Shown here: positions 25,105-37,889 of the stretch, in pieces
How the letters are laid out: every line of letters starts with the position of its first letter
Numbering within the stretch: the stretch's first letter is position 1
DNA from: the human T2T-CHM13v2.0 reference genome, Homo sapiens
Reading direction: 5' to 3' (one strand)
NCBI RefSeq assembly: GCF_009914755.1
Contig: NC_060929.1
Length of the DNA: 64,000 nt
The notes under the pieces: generated by a model
The model's database searches: none
Told to the model about the DNA's origin: nothing
The model's input: only the letters and a program-made list of their open reading frames with translations
Position numbers and translations under genes: made by a program

Positions 25105-25472
25105 TCTATAGTGAAATATTATTTGGCCATAAAGGAAATCAGTTACTGATTGATACATACAGTAGTACTGCTAAACCTTGAAAACATTGTGTTAAGTGAA
25201 AGCACCTAGTCCAAAGGATTGCATGGTGCATAATTCCCTTGGTGTGGCATGCTGATGATAGGCAAATCTATAGAGATAAAGTAAATTAGTGGTTGCCTAG
25301 GGGTTGGGTGGAAATGTGTAGTGATGATAGTAGGGGTAGTTTCTTTCAGTGGTAATGAAAATGTTCTAAAATTGTGGCGATGGTTAAACAATCTTGTGAA
25401 TGTACTAAAAACTAATTAATTGTGTAATTTAAATGAGTGAATGAATTATATATCAATAAAGCTGTTATAAAA
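25105..25472 (+). mobile_element. L1MB/ME 3' end
   Basis: AACCTTGAAAACATTGTGTTAAGTGAAAG...GCAAATCTATAGAG...GAAAATGTTCTAAAATTG...TCAATAAAGCTGTT. Confidence 0.8.
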
Positions 25473-25694
25473 AGTTTTTAATAAAAAGAAAATATGAATC
25501 ACATTTTTCTTCACTCTGCCTAAACTTCAAGTCTAAAGTAAAAAAAAATGCTTTCATAAGCTCTTCGTGCAAAATCTACTAGACAATGGGCTTCTGAAGA
25601 CCAAAATGACTGGAAGGACATCCGTGTAAGAACAGGTGATAAACATGAAATATATATTTACCTTTAGTAGTAAGACTGAGTGATTTTTATAAAT

Positions 25695-25820
25695 AAGATG
25701 ATCATATATCCAATTTGCCATTAGAGTCCAGATTATAGGTCTTGTCTTGGCCTAATTAGTAGTGGCCTCTTTCAGCCTCAAAACTTTTCTGATTTATATG
25801 ATAAATTATGTGAATGTTTT
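25695..25820. mobile_element. MER94-like hAT-Blackjack MITE
   Basis: Degenerate termini GATGATCATATATCC...TGATAAATTATGTG. Similar, in opposite orientation, to 61766-61898. Confidence 0.55.
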
Positions 25821-26029
25821 TATAGTAGCATGCGTAAAGCTATATCTTCTTACAATGTAGATATAATGCAATTAATTAAGAGAGGGAGAATTGCCTTTGG
25901 AGTACTGCTGGGAATAAATGGATACCCCTGTAAATGAGATGCTGGGGGAAAGAAAAGGAGGGAGAAGAAGAGATTACAAACTAATTTGAGACCACGAAAC
26001 CAATGGAAAATTGATCAAAGTTTTGGTCC

Positions 26030-26690
26030 TCTAGCTCTCAAGGCCATTAGAAATTCCTTTGTCTCCATAGTTGATAATATTCAGGTCTTGCTGTTCCAGT
26101 GGTTCTTTCCCTGAACTCATATTTCATGATGTTGGGGCATACACTGTCACAAAGTTTTGTTATAGATATTGCCCATGAGTTTTTGTTTAATTTATCCTAT
26201 TTGCTGTTTCAATTTGGGGAATTCAAAGAGATTTAAAAATCTATAAAATCTACACTGCAATTCTCATCTTCTTCCCAGATCTCTCCAGATAACACATCTC
26301 CCTCTTCCTTGGTTTCTCTTTTTTTTTTTCTGTTTCAGTTTCTTCTTCTTCTTTTTTTAATTCAGTACATCCTCCAATAAATTGTCAAGAAAGAGTTTAT
26401 GAGTGGTTTTTGTTTTGTTTTTGTGATTTTATAATTTGCATTCCTGAAATGTCTTTATGTTACCCTCACATTTAGTTGATAGTTTGGCTAAGTAGAGAAT
26501 TCTGGTAAAAAATCTATTTCCTTCAAACTATTGAAAGCATTTTTTTTCTTTCTTTTTCATTCCCAGCAATGGCTAAGTCTGTTGTTATGATCTTCAGTCC
26601 ATTGCATGCAATTTGTCTTATTATTGCCGTTGGTCTTGCTGTCTTTGAAAGTTTTAAGGATTTCTCTTTGTCTCCATGGTAGCTTTCATT
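26030..26690 (-). mobile_element. Old L1ME fragment
   Basis: GATAGTTTGGCTAAGTAGAGAATTCTGG...TTTCCTTCAAACTATTGAAAGCATT are antisense L1ME motifs. Confidence 0.55.
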
Positions 26691-26864
26691 ATTCCTGTTA
26701 TAGGGAGAAGAAAGGAAAAGTAGAACAGTTGCTTAAGACAGCACAAGTAGTAACCTCTACTATATGAATTGAACCCAAGTTCAAAGCTCTTGTTCTCTGT
26801 ACTGAACTGCTTCACAAGAAAGAGTTCGAATAGATAGCTTCAAATGAGACATCAAGTCCCCACA

Positions 26865-27020
26865 ACACTAACATTTATTGAGTGTTTACCCAGCCCTGAG
26901 CTAAGTGCTTCACATACATTACCTAATTTCATCCTCACAAGAATCCTAGGAGACAGGTTCTAGCCCCAATTTATAGATGAGAAAGCTTAGAGAAAGTCCT
27001 AAATACATAATGTCAGGATT
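26865..27020 (-). mobile_element. MIR
   Basis: AACATTTATTGAGTGTTTAC...CTAAGTGCTTCACATACATTACCTAATTTCATCCTCACAA. Confidence 0.8.
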
Positions 27021-27026
27021 CTAGAC

Positions 27027-27280
27027 CAGGGGTCAGAAAACTTTTCCTTAAAAGGGTAATTAGTAAATAGTTTCATATGCCATAGCTTCATATGCCATTA
27101 GTAAATAGCTTCGTATGCCATACAGTCTCTGTTGAAATTACTCAGATATGTCATTGTAGCATGAAGACAGCTATAGACGATGTATAGAGAATGAGCATGG
27201 TTGTGATGCAATAAAACTTTGTTTACACAAGTAGATGACGGGCTTGATTTGGCCTGTGGGCTATAGTTTGTCCACCCATG
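27027..27280. mobile_element. MER58A (hAT-Charlie)
   Basis: CAGGGGTCAGAAAACTTTT...CAATAAAACTTTGTTTACA...GATTTGGCCTGTGGGCTATAGTTTGTCCACCCATG. Confidence 0.85.
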
Positions 27281-29459
27281 ACTTAGATGATGATAATTTT
27301 TTTATTTTTAAAAAAGCAGAAATAATGAACACCTGGTAATGAAGCTAAATTCTGCTCCAGCCAGATTGATTATTACATTCTTGGTACTAGGCAAACACTC
27401 AACTAAAGCATGGGCATTTCAAAGCCCCAGAGGAAATAGCTAGGTATCGAAAATTGACTAAGAGGAAAAAGTTGACAAAGGTAAGGGTAGATTCTAGTAG
27501 CACTGGTGCTTGAAGAAGAGGTGGAGGACTCCCCACAATTCCTGAGGTTTTTTCCTGTGTTCATTGCTGTGTTCTTTTGGGTTCCCCATATGGCTCAGAT
27601 GCCTTCTTTCAAAGAATGAAATAATGAAAATGGATTAATCGGACCATAATCAATATTTATAATTTGGCCAAGATGAAACTACAACCTGAGTGCCTTTCAG
27701 TCATCCAAGACCTAAATAAAACAAACAACAAAAAACAACTTTCCCTGAGCGAAAATTTTAAAAGCAACCTCAATGTTAATCGAAAAGAGTAATTTAGTAA
27801 AGCCATCAATGAATAACTTTTAGGTTATACTCATGTGGTTTTGGTAAGAAGAAACAGGTAGTATCATTGGTTCCAAATGAGTAATATAGTCTGGTATTAT
27901 TTATTTGGAACCAAGATCAGAGGAATTGTTTACTTGTTACCTCCACAAAACCACAGGCTTAGGAGGGAGGAGGAGTGTACTGATTTGGTGACAAGAATGT
28001 TTTGCTTTGTCAAGAATATAACTTGAATAGGCTTAATGAAATATTTTCATTTGTCAAAAGGACTTGGTTCACAGTTCGTATTTGTATTGTATAGGAAGCC
28101 AGCAAGATAGCAGTCATTTAAGATTTTATTCCTACTAGAATATAGAGTTGTCAGCTGTAACCAGGATCCAAAGCTCAGGATAGAAGCCATAATCACTTTT
28201 ATCTTTTCTGCCACAGTGAATAATAAGAAAATTTCTAAATGGTGAATTTAAAGCAGAAAATTTGCTTTATAGTAAGCTGGGAGTAAGAAACCAGTAGCTA
28301 GATAAAGAATAACAAAGGAGAGTTACTTTTTTTCATTGTGAAACATATTCCTTATACTTGGTGACACAGAACCCTTTGAGCTTGTTTGTGGACTAACACT
28401 CTAAGGCAGGAAGGGATCATGCTTGACTCCAGGCTTTGAAAAACAGTTGTCTCCTTGCTATAGTTAAATCAATAAATCAGGGTAGAACCCAAGACATAAA
28501 ATTATGCTACAAATCGGACACCCCTTTTGCATTCCCTCCTTGAGCCACTCTCTGCACATCGAAATTTTCACTGTGTGTTTCTGCATTGATTACTCCCTGG
28601 ACACCTGCCTCTGGGAAGAGACAAGATGGCAATAATCAACTGTTTTCTTATAACTAAATGAACATCACCTGTAGCCTCCACATTATTTGGAAAATAGTTC
28701 TGTAAATAATTTTTTGAAGCTCCTTTTGCACCTTTATGTTAGAAAGTAGGTATAAATTTTCTGTCTGGGCCAAAATTTGTCAGCAGTTTTTAGTACCTAG
28801 AATAAGACTAAGAGATAAATACATTCTAGTTCTCTACCACATTGAATTAAAAGCATTTTAATGAACTAGCCGATTACCCAAAGTATCCTCAGGGACAAAT
28901 GAGTATTTGGTTTCTTAAAAAATTATAATATAGAACTCAACATATTTTGTGTAAAAGAATGTTAGCTTTCATCTGGTAAATTTACTTCAACTGGAATTCT
29001 CCTTTCTATGGTTTCCAAAGGTTTTTAATTTAATAACTCACTTTTCTTAATCAGTGATTTTCTGTTTCTCTCATCAGTCCAACATTACTACACCAAGAAA
29101 TGAAAACAGTTTGGAATTTCAACAACATGAGAAACAATGAAAAACAAAGTAAATTATTTCCTCATTTTTTTGTCTGAGAAACATATGTGTGGTATTTACA
29201 TTGGACTAACGTAGAAGATAATTGACATTAACATATGGCTCTGCAATCAGTGACAGCTATGGATGCTTAATTGATTTGAATCAGTTGTTAACACTTTGGG
29301 AAAATGTAGGTTGGTGGGTCTCAAAAGTGTAATCCCTGAAACCATTATGTATACCCATGAATATTATGAGGCATCTCACAATGTTGTCATTGGACCATGT
29401 GAATCTGAAGTTCTTATGTAAAGGTAAATTTATGAGCTTCACTCAAGATATTTTTAAGT

Positions 29460-32400
29460 AAAATCATTAGAATTTATCAATAGATACAGAAAAAGCATTT
29501 GATAAAATCCAATATAAACACTCTCAGCAAACTGGTAATAGAGAGGAACAGCCTTAAATTGGTAGAGAATATATACGAAAACCCCCCAGCTACCAACATA
29601 CTCAAAACTTCCCCACTAAGATCAGAAACAAAGCAAGAATGTCCCTTCTCACCACTTCTTTTCATTGTTGCACTGGATGTTCTAGCTAATGCAATAAGAC
29701 AAGAAAGGCAGTAAAGAGTATAGAGATTGAGAAGACAGAAATAATACTGTCTTTGTTCACAGATGACGTGATTATCTATGCAGAAAAAAATTTTTAAAAA
29801 CCTTCCTGGGACTAATAAGCAATTATAGCAAGGTTGCAGGATACAAGGTAAATACACAAAAGTCAATTGCTTTCCTATATACCAGCAATGAACATGTGGA
29901 ATGTGAAATTTAAAATGCAGTACCATTTACATTAGCATCAAAAAATAAAATAATTAGGTATAAATCTATCAAAATATGTATAAGACTTGTATGAGGAAAG
30001 CTACAAAACTTTGATGAAAGAAATCAAATAACTAAATAAATGGAGAGATATTCCATGTTCATGAATGGGAAAACTCAATATCATCAATACATCATTCAAC
30101 TTGATCTAGAGATTCAATGCAATCCCAATTAAAATCCTACTAAGTTATTTTGTGGATATCAATAAACTAATTCTAAAGTTTATATGAAAGAATCAAAAGA
30201 CCCACAACAGCCAACACAATACCGAAGAAAAACAAAGTTGGAAGACTGACACCACCTAACTTCAAGACTTTAAATCTACAGTAATCAAGATAATCAAGTA
30301 TTTGCAAAAAATAGACAAATACATCAATGGAACATACCAGAAAGTCCAGGGGAAAAAAATCGCCACATAAATGTAGTCAACTAAGCAAATATAGTCAAGG
30401 AGGAAAGACAATAGAATGGAGTGAAGATAGCCTTTCAACAAGTGGTGCTGTAGCAACTGGACATTCACATACAAAAAAAAGGAATCTAGACACAGACTTT
30501 ATATGGTTTACCTAAATTAACTTAAAATGAATCACCTGTCTAAATGTTAACACGAAAGTATAAAACTTGTAGGAGATGACATAGGACAAATCTTTTATGA
30601 CCTTGGGTGTGGTCATGGCTTTTTAGGTACAACACTAAAGGCGTGATCCATGAAAGAAAGAATTGATAAGCTGGACTTCATTAAAATTAAAAATTTCTGC
30701 TCTGAAAATGACACTGTCAAAAGAAGAAAAAGAGAAGCCCAGACTGGAAAAAACATTTTTAAAAGACACATCTGATAAAGGCCTGTTATCCAAAACATAC
30801 AAAGAACTTAAAATTCAACAATAAGAAAATGACCAAATTAAAAAAATGGGCAAAAGATCTGAACATTACTTCACCAATGAAGATACAGATGGCAAATTAG
30901 CATTTAAAAAGATTCTTCATATCATGTATCATAAGGGAAATGCAAATTAAAGCAACAATGACATACCACTACACAAGTACTGAAATTGTTAAAATCCAGA
31001 ATGCTGACAATACCAAATGCTGACAAGGATATGGAGCAACATTCATTGCTAGTGGGAATACAAAATGGTACAGCTGCTTTGGAAGACAGTTTACTGGCTT
31101 CTTACAAAACTAAACATAGTCTTCCTATATTACATAGTAGTTGTGCTTCTTGATATTTACCCAAAGGAATAGAAAAGTTCTGTTCACACAAAAACCTGCA
31201 CATGGATGTTTATAGCAGCTTTATTCGTTCATAATTGCCCAAACTTGGAAGCAACAAAGATATCCTTCAGCAGGTGAATGGATAAATAAACTATGGTATA
31301 TCCAGACAATGGAATATTATTCAGTACCACAAAGAAATGAGCTATCAAGCCATGAAAGGAGGTGGAGAAAACTTAAAATGCATATTACTAAACTGAAGAA
31401 TCCATCTTCAAAGGCTACATACTGTATGATTCTAGCTATGTGACATTATGGAAAAGGTAAAATTATGTAGACAGCAAAAAGGTCAGTGATTTTCAGGGTT
31501 GGCACAAGGGACAGATGAATAGTTAGAGCACAGGGGATTTTCAGGGCAGTGAATTACTCTGTTTAATGGTGGGCATATGTCATTATACGTTTGTTCAAAA
31601 CCATAGAATGTACATACCAAGAGTAAATACTAATGTAAACTATGGACTTCGGGTGATAATGATGTTTCAGTGTGGGCTCATCAATTGTAACTAATATACC
31701 ACTCTTGTGTGGGATGCTGAAATCGGGGAGGCTATGCACATGTGGGGCTAGGTGTACATGGGAAGTCTCAGTACCTTTGAAGCACGATATTTCTCTGACA
31801 CCTTCATGGGACTTGTGACACGGTACCTTGTTCACTCAGCCTACCACTCTCAACTCCTCATGGGAAGGAGCATGTGAGCAAAGAAGTGCAGGAACCAGAG
31901 CAAGCACTTTTGGGAACTGGCAGGAAAAAACTCCATTTACTTGGCTCACCACACTCAACTCCTTGTGGGAGGGAGCAAGTAGGTAAGCGAGTATGGGATT
32001 CAGCCAGCTGCTTTTGGGCACCAGCGGGAGTGAACTCTTTGCAGGCCCTGCAGCAGCATCCAGGCAGGGGTGCCTGTGACTCTTGAAGCCCCAGAGGGCA
32101 TGTGTTACAGTGCTATTTTAGCTCTGCCATCCATGGCTGACTTAAATGTTAAAAGCTTAGTAGGCTGTTTGCCTTTTTGTGTGAGGTGGCTGCCCTCCGC
32201 CAGCAAGGACAAAGGGTCAGTGTGACAGCCTTTTGTATCTGCACTCATGGCTCCCAAGCTCTTGTCTGGTATCCAGGAAAAATGAGGTCACCCAAACAAA
32301 TTGAAGGACGGTAAATGTGGGGGATTTTATTGCCAATGAAAGTGGCTCTCAGCAGGAAGGGGAGCTGAAAAGGGTACGGGGTGGGTAGGTAATCCTCACC

Positions 32401-32765
32401 TGAAGTCCACCTGTCTCTGGCCAGATTCTTCTTTGAAGTTAAACTGTCAAGGTGTCCCTCTGAAGTCAGGTTGCTTCTCTCCAATGTCCAGCTGTAATCT
32501 CATCTACCAGCTGAGTCTGGGGTTTTTATAGGCACAGGATGGGGCAGGGAGGGGCCATATGTGCTTTAGGAAGATGTAACATTCAAGCAGGAAATCAGGG
32601 ATATAAGTTCTCACTTCGGGCTGTGGTTGCAGGTTTTTTGGCTTGAGGGTGGGGTTTTGCCAGGGATCTGCCCTTTTCTGCCTAGAATTTCTCTGCCCTT
32701 GTCCCTATCACCTTCCTATCAGTTTTACTGCAAATCTAAAATTAATCTTTAAAGTCTATCAAAAA
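29460..32765 (+). mobile_element. L1MC (L1MC1/2-like) ORF2 RT-to-3' end, interrupted by an LTR
   Basis: RT peptide PLRSETKQECPFSPLLFIVALDVLANAIRQE. The L1MC 3'UTR (TAATGTAAACTATGGACTT) resumes after 32710. Confidence 0.9.
31778..32710 (-). mobile_element. ERV1 solo LTR (LTR28/LTR1/MER52 group)
   Basis: TG...CA termini with 4-bp TSD CCTT (31774-31777 and 32711-32714). The minus strand begins TGATAGGGACAAGGGCAGAGAAATTCTAGGCAGAAAAGGGC. Minus-strand TATAAA at about 32525 and AATAAA at about 32328. Confidence 0.88.
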
Positions 32766-32819
32766 TAATCAAAAAATAAAAATAATTGGGATAACATCTA
32801 TAGATAAACTGTATGTTAA

Positions 32820-33021
32820 GCATCAGCATACTTTTTCTGTGAGGGCCAAACAGTAAAAGTTTTAGGCTTTGTGGGTCAAAAATTGTCTTTGTTGCATATT
32901 ATTCTATATTTCTTAAGCAATCATTAAAAAATTTAGAAATAATTTTTAGTTTACAGACCTTAAGAAAAAAACAGGTAGCAGGTTGGATTAGGCCTACAGG
33001 TCATATAGTTGGCTACTCTTC
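32820..33021. mobile_element. MER58-family hAT element
   Basis: TCAGCATACTTTTTCTGTGAGGGCCAAACAGTAAA...TTTTAGGCTTTGTGGG...GGATTAGGCCTACAGGTCATATAGTTGGC. Confidence 0.7.
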
Positions 33022-33299
33022 GGACTGTGTAATTAGAAAAACTGGCCGTGTAAAACAAAGTTCTGAATGCTAATGTTGCAAGCCAAACCTATAACATATC
33101 TTAGGACCTCTTCTTGGCTTAACAAATAATACATTAGAAATGTGTATTTCAAACTTCTAATTAAAATGGTATTGCCAATTGATATATTAATAAACACCTC
33201 CTTCAACACTTTCAAGATAGCAATGCTGGAAAAAATATTTAAAAATATATATTTAAAGTATCTAAATGCTACTTTACCATGGTAGTGGGCAGGAGAGAG

Positions 33300-34520
33300 G
33301 AAAAAATCTAACCCAAGAAGATTAAAGCCAAATTTTATGAAATAGGGCCAATAAACTCAATAATCAAGTAAATTATCCAAAGAAATACAAATACTAAAGC
33401 AGTTTTTCAAAAACTATTTGTAAAATAAGTATTTTTAAAATTCTGAAAGGGATACAGAAATGTTTTTTAAAAAAAGAGAAAGGAATTATGAAATACAAAC
33501 AGACAAATGAGACTTAATACCAGGATTAGCAGAAAAGGAGCCAATTAGAAATCCTGGCATTGAAAATTATGGTCATTTTAAAATTAACAAGTGAACATGG
33601 CTAAAGAGATAATAAATAGCAAGACACAGAGCAAAACACTGAGGCTGAGGCAGGAGAATTGCTTGAACCCAGGAGGTGGAGGTTGCAGTCAGCTGAGATC
33701 GTGCCACTGCACTCTAGCCTGCCTGACAGAGCTAGACTCCATCTCAAAAAAAAAAAAAAAAAAGTTAAAGTCAAGTTAAAGACTCAGATCAGAAGATAGG
33801 TCGAAAAGTTCCAACATATTCCTGGTATATGTTCAAATAAGAAATGTAACAATGGAAAGAGGCAAGATTTGAAGAATTAATGAGAATTTCTTCTGAATTG
33901 AAGGAAGACAGTTCTCATACAGTGACCCAAGTAGTAAATATGCTAGTAAAAATAAATTCAACTCTGTATGCATTATAATATCACCACTATCCTATATGAC
34001 ACGTTTATGTGAGACAGAAAACAGTGCCCTCTGGCAGATGCTGTTCTTTAATTTCATGACTTGAGTGAGTGTCCCATGGCCTGGTTTTCAGCCCCCACTT
34101 GCTTGCTTAGCTGTATTCCTTTGTACAGGGCAAGAATTACACAAGTGCACATGGATAGGCCCTAGGTGCAAAGTGATAGAATCTAGGAATTGTTTTAAAG
34201 ATTTTCTACAAAATAGCAATAATTAAGCTGACTGTAGATGTTTTTATTACTGACAATATATGCTAGGAGGTAATAGAATAAAATTTTTAAATGCCAAGGA
34301 AAAAACTCAACCTCAGATTATACAATACAAAGCTATTATTTAAAAGAGAGAATGAAACAAATTTTGAACAAAGACTAATAGAATTTACCTCTTACAGATT
34401 CTTGCTGAGAGAACTACAAAAGGATGGACTCCAGCAAGAGGAAAAATGAATCTAAGGAATGGAGTGGGATATAAGCAATAGCAGTGAGTAAAAATAGTAG
34501 TAAAATATGTACATTTAGTT
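33300..34520 (+). mobile_element. Ancient L1ME ORF1-region remnant
   Basis: A-rich degenerate L1 ORF1 motifs (GAAGAATTAATGAGAATTTCTTCTGAATTGAAGGAAGAC; CTGAGAGAACTACAAAAGGATGGACTCCAGCAAGAGGAAA). Confidence 0.5.
33640..33763 (+). mobile_element. 5'-truncated Alu right-arm fragment
   Basis: GAGGCTGAGGCAGGAGAATTGCTTGAACCC...ACTCCATCTC followed by poly-A. Confidence 0.9.
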
Positions 34521-34779
34521 CTAATATAAATAAGTGATTTTATTGAAAACAAAAGTTAGGTCAGCTGAATTTATTTCAACTAAACTATCTGCCTATAGTT
34601 TAAACTATTTTCAATTTAGTGATTCATTCTTTTTTATGTATTACCTGCCTATTTCTCTCACTAGCCCACCACCACTGCATTAAGAAAACATAATAGGCAC
34701 ACAAAAATATTTCTCCAGTAAACAAATGTATTTTCATTTGAATTTTAAGAATAGTTTTTGATGAGAGATAGCATTTTGG

Positions 34780-34955
34780 TGAGATTAAGTATCAGAAAAT
34801 ATGCTGTAGTTTTAGCTCTACTTTTAATTAATCTTTGTTCTGGAACAAAATACTATAGCTTCTTTCGACCCTGTTTTCTCATTGAAACTGAGGATGATGA
34901 AATACACCTTACTAATTCACCAAGAAGTTGAGGTTAAAACAAGTTAAAGTGCATG
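34780..34955 (+). mobile_element. MIR
   Basis: CCTGTTTTCTCATTGAAACTGAGGATGATGAAATACACCT is MIR-core-like. Confidence 0.5.
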
Positions 34956-36477
34956 GCTAGATAAGATGTTTGAGATTTATTTTTCTTTTACTTATATGCC
35001 TCATTGTCTAGTTGCCAGATAAACATTTAATGCTTCAGTGAAAGTATATCCAAAGCAGAATGCAAAAATAGTTTGCAAGGTCTCCTGTAGTTCCTTTCAA
35101 AAAATTAAGCAAGGAATAAAAAGGGGAGTAAATGAGGGGGATCAGAGAAAATCTAAGAACGTAAGCAGGGTCCTCTCAGCAGGAAGCTGTAAGACCCTAG
35201 TAAACAATATTTGCATGGTATCGTTAGGCACACCGTACCAAAGGCAGCCTCAAAAATATTTTTTTGATATGACTGTTGCCTAGAACTACCATACCAGAAA
35301 GGGCTACATGGACAGGCAATGAATATCAAAAAATTGAACTAAGTATTTGAGGGCCTTCCCCAAAATACTTTAGGGCTATATTTGATTCTGAGACCATGAA
35401 GTCATTAGGGGATTGATATGTGAATGACAGTGCTCAAGAATGGCAAACTGCATTTTTCATGTATCTCAGTGTGCAAATAAGTTGATTTGAAAATTTGCGA
35501 ACTGTACTATATTATCGGATGGGAATGTCAATTCTTCCTCAATTAAGCTGTGGGTTTGGCACAATTTCAGCGCAGGGAATCATATCCCTTGTTTGTTTTT
35601 ACCATAAGACAGTGATTAAAAAAAAGAAGCTGAATGAGACATTAATGTTAAAAGTTAGACTTTTGGTGAAAGGTGATCTTGGTCTCAAAATAGGCCTTCA
35701 CTTGGTACTTCCTAATAAGTCAGCTGTTTAAAAAGTCCAGGTTCTGTGTATGCTGTGTTACCTTTTCATCTGCAGTTTTTGATTATTGAAACTGGTGGTG
35801 TGACTACTTGCTGTGAGTGAGCTGCCACAGAATGTATTTGTTTATATTTAAACGCTTAATCTTAGGGCAGCAGATGAATGCCATCTCTCATAATCTCTAT
35901 TGAGGTCTCTTCTGCTTTCATGCTGTCCATCTTTCTGACTACTAACAGTCAGTAGCATTCATTGATTTTCTACAAGACAAAATGTAAACCTAATAAATAT
36001 TTTTTGTGTTCTTGCACTACATGTTTAAAAGAAGATATATAATTTAGGTCAAGAGTTAAAGAAATATCAATACCTGGGCACAAATACATGTCAATTGATA
36101 GCATCCATCGTTTGACCCTAACAGTTTTGAAGGTCTGCATGGAAAAGTAACCCATAATTAATTAGTCTACTGGAATGAAATGATTTCCAAAGACATACAG
36201 TGAGGATTCTGATTCTTCGCAGCTTCAGAAAAACTTGTTTGGAGAAAAATCTTTTGGAAATGCTTATTTTCCCTTTCAAAGTCATCTTGAACTGCTTTGA
36301 GATTATGACCAAGAAGGAGACCCATATCTGTTTTTCTTTAGCCATATTTGAAAACATTTCAGTAAAATATATAAATAATATATGATGATCATTTTCACAT
36401 TTAATAAAATTAATGGTTTTGAAATTAAGACAGGAGTCTCCTTGGACATGCACAGACAGCCAAAATAGACAGGGAAG

Positions 36478-37145
36478 TGTATTTTTCAGAGTCCAGTTAG
36501 GCGATAGAAACCACAGCAATTGTTTTTACAAGAGAATTTAATACAAAGAATTGTCAGCCAGGAATTAACAACCTGAAAAAAGACAACACTACATTTTTCA
36601 CAGAGCATCTATAAGGCTGGGGAATAAAAGGATGAGGCTAGGGTTGGTTTTTAAAGTTTAGAAGCTTGGATGAAGGACTCAATGAACTAAGACGAACTTC
36701 TGAGGAAGGGGTGTTGCTGAGTTGTGATGCTGCCTCAGGAATGCAACAGAAGGGCTGTGTGGGGCTAGGACCCAAACCTTTGAAGAAGGGGGCCCCATTT
36801 GGCAGCACCTGGGGCCTGTGAGGGGGCAGAACAATGTTGGTTCTATGGTTGTTGAAAAAAATGCAAACTAGAATCAGTTGTACTATTGGAACAACTAGCT
36901 ACTACCAGGGTGAAACAGTGTTCAGTGATGCTGAGAACAGGAAACAAAACAGGAACAGGAAACAGCCTAGAGGGAAAGTATTCTTTCTCTCTCTTCTAGC
37001 ATTTTAATATCTCTCTCTGGTGCCCCCTTTTGGTAGAGCCTAATAGTAATTCAGCTGACCACAGAACTGTGGTTTTCAGAGTCCCAGCCCAAAAGGTAAA
37101 ATAAGGAAAAATGGATTTGAATCTAAGAGACGATAGCTTAACAAT
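36478..37145 (-). mobile_element. Ancient ERV LTR (LTR78/79-like, name uncertain)
   Basis: TGTATTTTTCAGAGTCCAGTTAGGCGATAGAAACCACA...GAGAATTTAATACAAAGAATTG resembles an antisense old-LTR terminus, followed by a GC-richer body. Confidence 0.5.
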
Positions 37146-37767
37146 GAATATGGGGAAAAACAAAATAAAACTTACTTGTTTTGCTTGCCTTCTCTATTAT
37201 TATTTCATCAGAGATATGTTCAATACTTTTGGTTTTCCATATTTTAGATAAAAGTAACCATTTTTTAGAAAATATTTTTTCTTGCTGAATTAATGGAGTG
37301 TGAAAAGAAAGTAGTTGAATAAAGGTTGATAGCTAAACATATGCATGTATTTTCCACAAGTCTTTTAAGATAGCTTAAATATATTTTTTAGATTCTAAAT
37401 CTTAATTATGTAATGAAAACTAATTCATGACAGGAATAATTAGGGAAAAGAACATGGATTTGCTTCATGCAGAAGAACACTATAGAAAAGGCAGAGCACA
37501 AAAGAAAACAGAATCCCGCTGGAGGTGTGAGAGTGATCTCTGGAGAGCTCTAAGCCCAAAGTCAATGAATTCAAGGCAGGTGAGGTTTCTGGAACATTGG
37601 GCTCAGTAGTAGTGTAATTATTTTCTGAGCCTGAGAACCAGTCAGCCTCCCCTTTCTTCTCCGGTTGTGCTGAGCCATGGGCTGTTACAGCTTGCCATCA
37701 AGATAAAGTGAAGAGTGTAGGCTTTGAGTCCTGATGAGTTAGCTCCTTAGAATGCTGTGACATCCAG

Positions 37768-37855
37768 GGTGTCTGTTCATGTCTTTTGCCCATTTTTTGA
37801 TGGGGTTGTTTTTTGCTTGTTCAATTGTTTGAGTTTCTTATAGATTCTAGATAGT
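37768..37855 (-). mobile_element. Isolated internal L1PA/PB ORF2 fragment
   Basis: GTGTCTGTTCATGTCTTTTGCCCATTTTTTGATGGGGTTGTT...TAGATTCTAGATA aligns with 43984-44072 of the L1PA2 in this window. Confidence 0.85.
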
Positions 37856-37889
37856 AAAACTTTCTAATTCTAGATAGTAAAACAGTGAT

